Below, in pieces: positions 48,148 to 57,171 of a DNA stretch of 64,000 nucleotides (positions are counted from its first letter, which is position 1; each line of letters starts with the position of its first letter). The position numbers and the translations under genes are program-made. The notes beneath the pieces are model-generated. The model was not told the origin of the DNA. It worked only from the letters and a program-made list of their open reading frames with translations, and did no database searches. The stretch covers positions 880-64,879 of the forward strand of contig DAHVFG010000002.1 in assembly GCA_027317125.1 (NCBI GenBank). Reading direction: 5' to 3'. Source of the stretch: Chloroflexota bacterium. GTDB lineage: Bacteria > Chloroflexota > Chloroflexia > QHBQ01 > JADMIH01.

Positions 48148-49314
48148 CTAGTTGCCGCCGGTTCCGGTGAGAAAGGCCTGCAACGCATCAGCATATGCCA
48201 GCGCAATCGCCTGGCGTACGCTCTCTTTGTTGAGTTGAGCTGCTTGCTCAGGTGAGCTTACGTAAAGCGACTCGGCTAAAACGCCCGGCATGGCAGTAGC
48301 CCTTACGTGCCTCGGTGGGTTCACAGGCCCGAGCAAGAACAAATGTTGAGGAGGAACTGAAGAATCGGTGTTCAGATCGGTGACCAACCCCGCCCCGTCA
48401 GGCGTGTAGCCCGCATCTGCAAGTTTAGAATCAAGCTGGTCGCTCACCAGATGGCCCAACTGCTTGCTCTGCTCAGCAAAGTTGCAGTCAGAGTCGCCAC
48501 AATATACCACCTGCACATCCTGGCGTTCCACCACAGACGGGTCGCCTCCATTCGCGTGGATGCTCAGAAAGACTTCAGCCTTGAAGTTGTTGAGGATATC
48601 CACCCGCTCCTGCAAGTCATCACCCGATGCGCCCACTATGCCGTCGCCATTGGCATCGGCGGGCCAGGGGGCGGTGAAGGTGTCGGCGGCCTCTCGAGTG
48701 AGCACAACTGCAGCCCCGCGAGCGCGCAGCAAATCGCGGGTGCGCAATGCCACGTCAAGGTTGAAGTCGTCCTCGGACAATATGAGCTTGCCTGTGTCAG
48801 GGTCTGTGAGCACTGCGCCGGCATCACCTCGCGGGCCATGCCCCGGATCAAGCCCGATGCGCCGCCCGTAGAGTGGCAGCTGAGCGCTCGCGCTAATTGT
48901 GCCTGCCGGCTTCGGCAGCAGGTTGAGCGGAGTGGCTGTGAGGGGGAGTGGACCTGAGCTTAGAAACGATCCGGCCGCTGTGATCGCGGGCGTGGCGCCG
49001 AGTGAAGTAGAACCGGTGGCCACAGGGGAGATGGTGCGTGAGGCAGATGAGGCGTTCAAGTAAGTCGCCCCGCCGGTTATAAGCAGCCAAAGCACCGGCA
49101 ACACCACCAGCGATAGCGATAGAGCGCCCAGCCATCGAATCCAGCGACTTCTTCTCTCTTTTCTCGTCTGTAGCAGGCTGAGATACAGCTTTTGCGCGGG
49201 CGGCTCGCCTGGCTCTTGCTCTGTGTTGTCTACCATACCCGGTTTTCCCTCTCCGATTCCATAATTTAATTGCGCACCGTAGTCCATGCACCAGCCCAAC
49301 CCACTGGGTACCAT
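48148..49314 (-). CDS. N-acetylmuramoyl-L-alanine amidase (Amidase_3) with N-terminal membrane anchor
   Basis: IGLDPGHGPRGDAGAV and FLSIHANGG motifs, plus a TM at WLGALSLSLVVLPVLWLLI. Start uncertain; TAATG overlap with the upstream gene. Confidence 0.8.
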   Translation of the reverse strand: MVPSGLGWCMDYGAQLNYGIGEGKPGMVDNTEQEPGEPPAQKLYLSLLQTRKERRSRWIRWLGALSLSLVVLPVLWLLITGGATYLNASSASRTISPVATGSTSLGATPAITAAGSFLSSGPLPLTATPLNLLPKPAGTISASAQLPLYGRRIGLDPGHGPRGDAGAVLTDPDTGKLILSEDDFNLDVALRTRDLLRARGAAVVLTREAADTFTAPWPADANGDGIVGASGDDLQERVDILNNFKAEVFLSIHANGGDPSVVERQDVQVVYCGDSDCNFAEQSKQLGHLVSDQLDSKLADAGYTPDGAGLVTDLNTDSSVPPQHLFLLGPVNPPRHVRATAMPGVLAESLYVSSPEQAAQLNKESVRQAIALAYADALQAFLTGTGGN

Positions 49315-50744
49315 TACGGTGTCAGTCTGGATATTCGGTTGCGGCCTTCTTCGACTATCACCAGGCGGCCTGAGCTATCGATGCCTAACCCCTGCGGCAG
49401 TTTGAGGCCCGATGTGAGGAGTTGCATCTTGCCCGTAACCGGGTCTATCCGTACGATGTCGCCGCCCAGGGAGTTGACGTAGATGCTGCCGTCTGTGCCC
49501 ACTATTACATCGTCAGGCTGATATATGCTAGCTAGCCTGGTGCGGCTGCCATTTGCACGCAATCTGTAGACCGCGTTGCCGAACTCGTCCACCACTATGA
49601 TGTTGCCATCCGGCTCAACAGCAGCGCCCACGGGCCGCACAAAGCCGGTTGCTATCGTCTTGAGAGAAGTGCCGTCGCGGCTCATCCGTAGCAGCCGTCC
49701 GTTAGGACTATCAGGCACAAGTATATCGCCTGTGGCCCGATCTATACCGAGGCCATCCACACCATCCTTGCTTGTGTTGTTCACAAGCTGGCGCAGCAGC
49801 TTTATACGCCCGGTCTGGTAGTTGATCTCGAGGATGCGGTTGGTTGCCTGGTCAGCTACGATAATCGCGCCATCATTGCTCACCACCAGACCCTCGGGTC
49901 CTGCCAGGCCACTTGCCAGCACGTGGGGCGACCCCGTCCCGCCGCTGATAACGTTGACCGCTTTATTGCCGAAGTCCCCGAAGATTATATCTCCCGAAGG
50001 CGCGACCACCACGTCGTCGGGGCTGCCGAACCCGCTCGCCACAACCTCTAACGTCCCTCTGGCCACGGGCGCTGGTGTTGGTGTTGGTACCGTAATAGGG
50101 CCGTATCTGGCTCGATAACGGAACGCCCCCAATTGGGAGAGCAGCACATCATAGGGCGCGGCGTTTTCAGGGTGCAACTCGAAGACCGCTCGCTCGAAGT
50201 ATTGCACTCGGTAGCTCTTGCCGTTCAACGCGCTCACCTCGGTGAACTCGTCAGATATCGGATAGCCTTGCTGCGCCACCCCGCCGTTTTGCTGCCAGTA
50301 TTGCAGGAAGCGCCCACCCAGTCTCTTACCCGTTTGGGAGAAGAGCACCGAGCCTGCTGAGGTATTGGGCTGCTGACCGGCTGCCCCATTCGGATACCTT
50401 TCTTTGTAGCGGAAGTCGCCCAGCAGGGATAAGAGCACATCATTGGGTGCGGCATTTTCGGGATGAAGCTCGAAGAGCGCTCGCTCAAAGTACTGTACGG
50501 TGTAATTTTTACCGTCCGTGTCGCTCTTCTCTTGCATCTGCTCGGAGATCGGATAGCCTTGCTGCGCCACCCCGCCGTGTGATTGCCAGTAGTCAAGGAA
50601 TCTGCCTTTGACGGTGTGTCCAGTTTGTGGGAAGGTGCGCGAATTGCTCTGCGCGCTGGCAGGTGCTAAAGGCAGGGCAGTTACTAAAAGTGCAAAGAGG
50701 CTCAACCCTGACAACCATGATAGCCTGGTTCTACTGCTTATCAT
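49314..50744 (-). CDS. Secreted protein: two ~65-aa tandem repeats plus a C-terminal NHL/SMP-30-like beta-propeller
   Basis: Signal peptide LSLFALLVTALPLAPASAQ. Repeats FLxYWQxxGGVAQQGYPIS...YFERAxFELHPENAAPxDVLLSxLG occur twice. Propeller-type repeats follow (G.A..PDG.I.V.D). Start at 50744 with AAAGGAAG RBS. Confidence 0.7.
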   Translation of the reverse strand: MISSRTRLSWLSGLSLFALLVTALPLAPASAQSNSRTFPQTGHTVKGRFLDYWQSHGGVAQQGYPISEQMQEKSDTDGKNYTVQYFERALFELHPENAAPNDVLLSLLGDFRYKERYPNGAAGQQPNTSAGSVLFSQTGKRLGGRFLQYWQQNGGVAQQGYPISDEFTEVSALNGKSYRVQYFERAVFELHPENAAPYDVLLSQLGAFRYRARYGPITVPTPTPAPVARGTLEVVASGFGSPDDVVVAPSGDIIFGDFGNKAVNVISGGTGSPHVLASGLAGPEGLVVSNDGAIIVADQATNRILEINYQTGRIKLLRQLVNNTSKDGVDGLGIDRATGDILVPDSPNGRLLRMSRDGTSLKTIATGFVRPVGAAVEPDGNIIVVDEFGNAVYRLRANGSRTRLASIYQPDDVIVGTDGSIYVNSLGGDIVRIDPVTGKMQLLTSGLKLPQGLGIDSSGRLVIVEEGRNRISRLTP

Positions 50745-51757
50745 CTTATACTTCCTTTCACCCACGATAGCTTGCTTCCGGCTGCACGGCGTGGCACCCC
50801 GGCCACTTAATGGGCCGCAAAGTGTTGTGGCGTCTACCGGCATAGAAGTATCACTCTTTGTGTCGTCATAAGGTGAGTATATAAGTTTGCACGAGTGCAG
50901 TTCAATCAGGGCGTTTCAAGGAGGGTATCGAATTGGGCGTGCTCAGCCTGCGCTGCCCAACAAAACTGAGGCTTGTTAGCGCACGCCAACTGCCTTACAC
51001 AACCAGTTTACAGAGTGAGCCTTAGAATAAGGCTATAGAAAAATTAAGAAATGGTGAGAAGATGATCGGGATGGCCTGGCCTGTGCCGTCTCTGTAATCA
51101 CGATGTCGCCTTTTGTCTGCAACTTGTATATCGTCCTGGAGACCGCTATTCGATATATACGGGAAGCTCTTTTGCTCGTCCTGCGGGTGGATCGCGTACT
51201 TATCTCCCCGGAATCTCCTGGTGCGACAGTCGGCCCAGGGACGTACGACATAAACTGGCGAAGGGAGGAGAAGATTCGGTTTCGCCACAAGCCAGCGTGG
51301 GCTGAACGGTTTAGGTGGGTAGTCGTCCGCGCGAACCAATAGCCACCGACAGGCCCACAACCTTACCTATCTCCCCGCCCCTGGCAGCCAGCATCAGCAC
51401 GCAGGCTGCGGAGAAGTGCCGTAGGCTGTGGCACACCTCTACTCCGCCAGGCCAGCGATCTCTAAGTGTACCTGCCCAGCCTTGTGCGGTGCCGGCGTAG
51501 GGCCCGTTTGTAGTAGCAGACAACTGTTGTGTTAGTAGAGACCATCTCCCGCGCAGACATGCCAGCACAAGTCGTGCCTGCATGCGCATAGCGACTGGCA
51601 CAGAAGTTGCTTGGTGGTAGAGGCATCTAGCAGCGTGAGAGCGGCTCTGTTGGCTGAGGCACATACCTGGTAATATGGCTGCAAACCTTATGTGGAAGCC
51701 GACACCGCCCCGAGTGCGCTGAAGAACAATCATATTTGTACCTTCAGGAGGCATTTA

Positions 51758-52549
51758 ATGAGGTTCTTGACTGATTCGGGAAAGGCACCGTTGGGCAGAT
51801 TCACCATCCTGATGGCCGTTGTTGCCCTTGGCTTTGCGGCACTGGGGATCGCCCCAACTCGCGCCTGGGCTAGCCACGATCCTTTGATGTCACCGGATCT
51901 GCAGAAGATCGAGGCGTCGAAGGGTCAGAACGCCGAAATCGCGTTCATGAACATGATGATAAACCATCATCAGGGCGCCCTGGATATGGGTCAGCTTGCT
52001 CTCAGTCGCTCGAACCGCCAGGAGATAAAGGCCATCGCCCAGCAGATGATCGATTCCCAGAGCGCGGACAAGCAGAAGATGATCGGCTGGTTGCAGCAGT
52101 GGTACGGCCTGGTTCCTGAGCCTCCCTCGCCGGGGATGCAGCAGCGCATGACGATGGACATGACCAAGCTTCAGAGCCTGACAGGGGACGATTTTGACCG
52201 CGAGTGGCTGCTGACCTTCAGGATGCATCATACCACGGCAATTGAGGCATCGACATTGCTCCTGCCCCGTGCCGTGCATCCTGAGCTGAAGGACCTGGCC
52301 CAGAAGACTATTGACAGCCAGGTGGCCGAGCGGCAGCAGTTTGTTACATGGCTGCAACAGTGGTTCAACTTGACTGTGCCTGCCTCTCCGGGGCCTGGCG
52401 AAGCTGGTGGCGCGACTGGCGGTCAACCGGTCGGCATGCCGAGCACAGGCGCCGGCGACAGCGTACAGACCGCGTTCATGCTCGCTCTTCTCGCGATGGC
52501 GGCAGGCGGCTTGATGCTGGGCGCCCATTTACTCCGCAAGCGGGCTTAG
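51758..52549 (+). CDS. DUF305 family protein with C-terminal sortase-type sorting signal
   Basis: Two DUF305-like halves (FMNMMINHHQGALDM; FRMHHTTAIE). The C-terminus is MPSTGAG, then a hydrophobic stretch, then RKRA. AGGAGG RBS 6 nt upstream. Confidence 0.75.
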   Translation: MRFLTDSGKAPLGRFTILMAVVALGFAALGIAPTRAWASHDPLMSPDLQKIEASKGQNAEIAFMNMMINHHQGALDMGQLALSRSNRQEIKAIAQQMIDSQSADKQKMIGWLQQWYGLVPEPPSPGMQQRMTMDMTKLQSLTGDDFDREWLLTFRMHHTTAIEASTLLLPRAVHPELKDLAQKTIDSQVAERQQFVTWLQQWFNLTVPASPGPGEAGGATGGQPVGMPSTGAGDSVQTAFMLALLAMAAGGLMLGAHLLRKRA

Positions 52550-52567
52550 GCATAACGGCGTGCGGAG

Positions 52568-52592
52568 GGCGACATCTCGTGTGGATGTCGCC
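52568..52592 (+). terminator. Intrinsic terminator after the DUF305 gene
   Basis: ggcgacatc / gatgtcgcc is a 9-bp stem with a 7-nt loop, followed by T-rich ttctgcgtgagctgttttt. Confidence 0.65.
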
Positions 52593-52764
52593 TTCTGCGT
52601 GAGCTGTTTTTCTCTCTGCTCGGAGAGGGCCTCACTTCTTCCGCCGATCAAACAAGTTGATCTCCCCTACCGCCCCTTTAACCAATCAGCTGGGCACCCC
52701 GCCTTCGCTCCCTGGCCGGAGTGCAGTGATAAAGCTGCGCTTTGTGGCGCGTTGGCGTGCCTGC

Positions 52765-53391
52765 TCAGGGGTCGCTCCTGAGCAGGGTGGTGACCCCCGC
52801 CGCCCGCAGGATTGAGGAGATCACCTCCTGTTGGGCTAGAGCTTCGCTGACAAAATCCATATTATCAGTGTCGATGCTGAGCACGGGCGCGTCGTGGTAC
52901 CGCTCAAAGAAGGCGTCGTACAAGCGCATCAGGTCAGCAATATAGGCACGCTCCATCATCCGTTCGAAGGAACGATCTCGTTGGTAAATGCGGGACATCA
53001 GCACATCCAGAGAAGCAGTTAGATAGACTACCAGGTCAGGGGTGGGCACCTGCCGCGCCAGCGCATCGTATATCTGGTCAAAGAGGTCCAGCTCGGTGCT
53101 ACGCAGGTTCAAGCCCGCGAAGAGGCGTGTCTTGGCGAAGAGATAGTCGCCCACCAGGTCGCCCACAGCGAGAGCAACCTTGACGGTGGATTCCTGGTGG
53201 CGGTAGCGATTGAGCAGGAAAAAGACCTCGGTCTGGAAGGCATAGTGTTCACGGTCAGAGTAGAAGTTGCCCAGAAATGGGTTCTCTTCGAACTGCTCGA
53301 ATAAAGTGCGCACTCCGAAGTGCTTGCCTAGGGTACGTGTCAGCGCCGTTTTACCAACGCCTATAACGCCCTCTATCACAATGTATGTCAT
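52765..53391 (-). CDS. Deoxynucleoside kinase
   Basis: P-loop IVIEGVIGVGKTAL, EENPFL..FY and the DR motif region (YQRDRSFE). Confidence 0.85.
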   Translation of the reverse strand: MTYIVIEGVIGVGKTALTRTLGKHFGVRTLFEQFEENPFLGNFYSDREHYAFQTEVFFLLNRYRHQESTVKVALAVGDLVGDYLFAKTRLFAGLNLRSTELDLFDQIYDALARQVPTPDLVVYLTASLDVLMSRIYQRDRSFERMMERAYIADLMRLYDAFFERYHDAPVLSIDTDNMDFVSEALAQQEVISSILRAAGVTTLLRSDP

Positions 53392-53510
53392 TTACCCACT
53401 CTCCATCCTCATTTTGCTTACCAGGTAGCCCAACCAACTCGTAATAATGTGCCGGTTCGCCACCCTCTTTTTACAACAGAACCACTATAACAGGCGACGC
53501 CGGATGCAAT

Positions 53511-53691
53511 GTAAATGTTCAGATTTAGGGTGGAGGGGCGTCCCTCCCCTCACCCCATGCCCCCTCTCCCTTCATGGGAGAGGGGGCTGTAATCACCCCT
53601 GTAACCCCGTCAGGGGCAGGTGATGGCAGATGGTGCAACACCCGCACAGATACCCTAAGAAGGTTGCTCCACCCTAAATCTGAACGCTTAC
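53511..53691. mobile_element. MITE copy H (one-module form, inverted relative to A/B)
   Basis: TIRs gtaaatgttcaga / tctgaacgcttac. Perfect 8-bp TSD GATGCAAT at 53503-53510 and 53692-53699. Confidence 0.85.
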
Positions 53692-53760
53692 GATGCAATA
53701 CACAGTAGCAATGACCAATGCACAATACAGAGTAGACAATATGCCAGCTTACTGGTTGCG

Positions 53761-53851
53761 ATAAGAGTTCAGATTGGGGGTGAGGGCGGGTGGCGGTACA
53801 CCCGCACAGCTACCTCTTGACCTTGGTTCTACCCTGAACCTGAACTCTTAC
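53761..53851. mobile_element. MITE copy I (short degenerate variant, no clean TSD)
   Basis: ataagagttcaga ... cctgaactcttac. The inverted repeat appears to extend outward (gttgcg / cgcaac), so the boundaries are uncertain. Confidence 0.5.
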
Positions 53852-53881
53852 CGCAACTGCTAAGATAACCACCGACTACTG

Positions 53882-53890
53882 TGATATAAT
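53882..53890 (+). promoter_or_regulatory. Extended -10 promoter element upstream of the LarC-like gene
   Basis: TGaTATAAT is a perfect extended -10. No clear -35. Confidence 0.5.
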
Positions 53891-53981
53891 GATCCGGCTC
53901 ACAGCTTTGTGAGTTCCCCTCAGCGCGATCTACACCTCTGGCAGGCGGGCGAGAAGTCGGTTAGCACAACTTTATGCACAT

Positions 53982-54899
53982 ATGCACATAGCTTACTTCG
54001 ATTGCTTTGCGGGTATATCGGGCGATACACTGCTGGCCTCCCTACTGGATGCCGGTTTGTCCCTCGATTCCCTGCGAGCCGAGATCGATAAGTTGCCCCT
54101 CAAGAACTGCCATTTAGAGGTGGAGAGGGTGGCGCGGCAAGGCATCGCAGGGGTGTGCATATATATGGCAGGGGAGTTTCTCCCGCACAGCTACCCCATG
54201 ATTGGGCGCACCAGCAGACCGGCAAGCCCTGTAACTCCCTCCGACAGAGTATACAGCACTGATCTGGCGAGCATCATCAGCGAGAGCAGCCTGCCGGCTG
54301 TCGTAAAGCAAACTTCGCTTTGCGTGTTGAAGAGGATAGCCGAAGCCGAAGCCAGAGTACGCGTGGTTAGCTCGCGCCAGAGCCAGCTACCTGAGACATA
54401 CAGCGTGCGCACTCTAATAGAGATAACGGGCAGCATAGCCGGGTTAGCATTGTTGGGAATAGACAGGGTAGAGTGCTCGCCCCTGCACGTGGGCGGTGGC
54501 ATGATCAGGACGGAGCAAGGGCTGGTACCTGCACTCGCGCCTGTCACCGCCGAAATCCTGCGCGCCGCATCTGTACCTATCTACGGTAGCGACGTGAACA
54601 GCGAGATGGTTACACCCACAGGAGCCGCAGTAATAAACACGGTTGCCTCCGCCTTCGGCCCTATGCCTGCTATGAGGGTAGAATCGGTCGGCTATGGCGC
54701 CTGCCCGCAAGACGGCAATCAAGGCTACAACCTCTTACGCCTGATGCTGGGAGAAGCTACCATCTCCTTCAGCACGCCCCCACCAGCCGCGACACCTGAC
54801 AGTGAGGATAAGGCCGCACCTCCCGAAGAGTGGATCCCCCTGACCGTAACAGGCCACCAGCATAGTGGCCGCCAGCGAGTCATCAGCAAAGCCAATTGA
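53982..54899 (+). CDS. LarC-family (DUF111) N-terminal-domain protein, divergent and lacking the C-terminal domain
   Basis: MHIAYFDCFAGISGDTLLASLLDAGL and TPTGAAVI..GYGAC motifs. Only 305 aa. Confidence 0.6.
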   Translation: MHIAYFDCFAGISGDTLLASLLDAGLSLDSLRAEIDKLPLKNCHLEVERVARQGIAGVCIYMAGEFLPHSYPMIGRTSRPASPVTPSDRVYSTDLASIISESSLPAVVKQTSLCVLKRIAEAEARVRVVSSRQSQLPETYSVRTLIEITGSIAGLALLGIDRVECSPLHVGGGMIRTEQGLVPALAPVTAEILRAASVPIYGSDVNSEMVTPTGAAVINTVASAFGPMPAMRVESVGYGACPQDGNQGYNLLRLMLGEATISFSTPPPAATPDSEDKAAPPEEWIPLTVTGHQHSGRQRVISKAN

Positions 54900-55113
54900 C
54901 GGCTGGCGATTGGACAGCAGCACGCACGTGGCTTTGGCGCAGGCGAGGTATTAGTAGCACCGACACAAAAGGTGAGACCGAAGGCACAGGTGTGGTAGAA
55001 GGTCCCATTAACGTATCATCGCGCCAGGGGAAAAAAGCATTCACGCTCACCACCTTCTCTTCCCCTTGGGCCTGCCAGTCCCGCCTCCCTTGGCGATTCC
55101 GCCGCCTCGATGC

Positions 55114-55770
55114 CTAGCCTGCGATCAAGCCTATTTCCAGCAGGCGGAGGAGATGTGAGGCCTTTTCTTTGGGGAGAGTATCCAGGGCGAGTTGCAGCTT
55201 CTCGGCACTGTGGCCTGCGGGGCGCATTGCGTGGAGAATGCGGTGGGTGAGTTGTGTCTCATTTTTGAGGGTGCTCTCGGCTAGAAGGAACTCGATAGGC
55301 ACAACAGCCACTTCTAGCCCCTCGAAGGGCACACGTTTAATTGGAGCGTGCGCCGCTTTGGAGACCGGATCAGGGCGGAAAGTCTGCACATAAGAGACCT
55401 GCACCGTCTGCCCATCAACATGCCATCGCCCAAGCCATGTAGCACGCCCACCCACGCTCCAGGCCACGATGCGCTGGTGAACATTGCTGCGCCAGCTTTC
55501 CGCAGGGGCGAGGTTTCCTCCCCGGCGGTAGACTATGGTAGCGCCGATTGGGCCTTCGAGCGGCTTCATAAAGTGCGCGAAGTACGCGGTGGCAACGGGC
55601 GAAATAGCTCTGAAGTCTATACGCTCAGCCTCTACCTGCACACCTTGCAAAGCCAGGGCAGCATCGCCGGAGAGGAGCCAGGGGACAGGGGTGCGGGTGG
55701 TCGGTTCGTATACACGCTGGAGGCTTTGCCGCAAGGTCTCTGCCCAACGGCCTGTCTTTGGTACACACAT
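55114..55770 (-). CDS. Hypothetical protein, possible nucleotidyltransferase-fold
   Basis: WLLSGDAALALQGVQVEAERIDF weakly resembles the NTase G[SG]...acidic pattern. No firm family. Confidence 0.35.
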   Translation of the reverse strand: MCVPKTGRWAETLRQSLQRVYEPTTRTPVPWLLSGDAALALQGVQVEAERIDFRAISPVATAYFAHFMKPLEGPIGATIVYRRGGNLAPAESWRSNVHQRIVAWSVGGRATWLGRWHVDGQTVQVSYVQTFRPDPVSKAAHAPIKRVPFEGLEVAVVPIEFLLAESTLKNETQLTHRILHAMRPAGHSAEKLQLALDTLPKEKASHLLRLLEIGLIAG

Positions 55771-55903
55771 AGCTCTATTACCTCACTCTCTAACTCTCAG
55801 AATACTCTAATCAAACTCTAAACAATCTCGTGGATCAGGAATCGATATCCTGGCAGATGCAAGTAACCGTAGGATGCACAGACTACTGATCCTGGCCCCT
55901 GCT

Positions 55904-57103
55904 TCAGTCGCCCAGCCAGTTCCGCATAAGCTGGAGCGGCTCCTCATACTCAGTCTCAGCAGCCACCGAGCGATTGTGCAAACCTCTACCCCCCGGCTCT
56001 TCACGTCGCTGCTCGTCGGCGCAATGGCGAATAAGAGCCACCGCCCGCTGGAGGTCAGATTGGGAGATGGCCGCCGCCTGGAAGCGGATTAGCTCGGCGT
56101 TGAGGGTAATCAGGAAATCGCCCGCGCCAAGCAGGTTATCAGCGCCCGAGCCTTTCACGCCCGTCGCCAGGCGGGCGGCGTCAGGAGAGGGCATCGAACC
56201 TGTTATGCGCGCACCCCACTGGCTGTAAACACTTCTCAGCATTTCGGGCCGCTCGGCTGAGACTATAACATGGATGTTGTGCAGGCTGCCTGATGCGAGC
56301 AGGCGTGAAAGGGCTTCAACAGCTTCATCCCAAGCGCGGCGGTTGGAGCCGTTGCAAAGGAGATCAGCACCGTCAATGATTATCGTTAGCTCAGGCTCGG
56401 AGAGGGGGTTACTGTTGAATATGGCTTCGCTAACAACTTCCTCGTCGAAGAAAAGCTCATCGTCGTCCAAGACGCTGGCGCGACGTTCCAGGACGCGCAA
56501 AGCCCAGCGCAAGCTCACCATCACCTCGACCGAGCCGGTAGCTATTGGGCAAGCAAGGTGCGGCAGACCTTCCAGCCCACGAAAGGTGATGCTATCGCCT
56601 GTGCAGTCGAGGAGAAGCAGGCGCAGAGAATCGGGCGAGTTATGCAAAGCAAGGGATAAGGCCATGCCTCTCAAGAGGCTGCTTTTCCCTGCGGAATGGT
56701 TGCCCGTAACAACGGCAGGCTCTACATCGGGGGAGTTGAGCCGTAACAGTAAAGGCGTGCCCTCGGTATCCACACCCAGGATGGCAGTAACAGGCGGCAC
56801 TACATCGGCCACTCGTTGCACCAGTGGCAAGAGGCGCACCGGCACAGGATCGGGGCGTGGCACCTCCAGGTAAACACCGTCATCGCCTGGCGCTAACCGG
56901 CAAGAGACCACACCTAGAGAGTCGGCCACTTCTGGTACGATAGGGGCGATTTGCGCGGGCCGCACCCCGGGAGGCAGCTCTATGTGGAAGTGAGCCAGCC
57001 GGGGCGACAGCCTGCCGCCGTCTATTCTCGCCGCGATACCATGAGTATGAAGTACGTATTCTATGCTGTTGGCCTGGCGGTCCAGAATATCTCGCAGTGC
57101 CAT
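55904..57103 (-). CDS. FtsK/SpoIIIE-like ATPase-domain protein, soluble, with degenerate Walker B
   Basis: Collinear with the FtsK motor: GVDTEGTPLLL..VTGNHSAGKSSLL (Walker A), LLLLD, TIIIDGADLL (DG instead of DE), NIHVIVSAERPE (vs GIHLILATQRPS), GAGDFL. No TM region and no gamma domain. Confidence 0.7.
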   Translation of the reverse strand: MALRDILDRQANSIEYVLHTHGIAARIDGGRLSPRLAHFHIELPPGVRPAQIAPIVPEVADSLGVVSCRLAPGDDGVYLEVPRPDPVPVRLLPLVQRVADVVPPVTAILGVDTEGTPLLLRLNSPDVEPAVVTGNHSAGKSSLLRGMALSLALHNSPDSLRLLLLDCTGDSITFRGLEGLPHLACPIATGSVEVMVSLRWALRVLERRASVLDDDELFFDEEVVSEAIFNSNPLSEPELTIIIDGADLLCNGSNRRAWDEAVEALSRLLASGSLHNIHVIVSAERPEMLRSVYSQWGARITGSMPSPDAARLATGVKGSGADNLLGAGDFLITLNAELIRFQAAAISQSDLQRAVALIRHCADEQRREEPGGRGLHNRSVAAETEYEEPLQLMRNWLGD

Positions 57104-57171
57104 CTCGGATAACCTCAGTAAATTTAGAAGTCAGGGATTAAAGGTCAGATACGAACCCTGGCCCTTGATCC

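Noticed and set aside
51022-51754. Minus-strand ORFs 51022..51360, 51033..51290 and 51311..51754, and plus-strand ORFs 51103..51342 and 51315..51500.
   Set aside because: They overlap one another in different frames, have atypical composition (R, C, W, P-rich) and show no motif I recognise. They may be remnants of a decayed gene, but I cannot support any call.
53692-53760. Imperfect direct repeats (caatacacagtagcaat / caatacagagtagacaat) between MITE copies H and I.
   Set aside because: They are short and imperfect and have no obvious function. They may simply be decayed element sequence.
222-53851. Possibility that the repeats are a CRISPR array or REP/BIME (RAYT-mobilised) elements.
   Set aside because: The copies are kilobases apart with no regular repeat-spacer periodicity and no cas genes. 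The perfect 8-bp flanking duplications with different sequence at each copy point to DDE-type transposition rather than HUH/RAYT-type REPs, which do not make TSDs.
54896-55117. A LarC2-like C-terminal domain in another frame downstream of the LarC-like gene (programmed frameshift scenario).
   Set aside because: The only downstream ORF (54896..55117) shows no resemblance to the LarC C-terminal domain, and no slippery sequence was seen at the junction.
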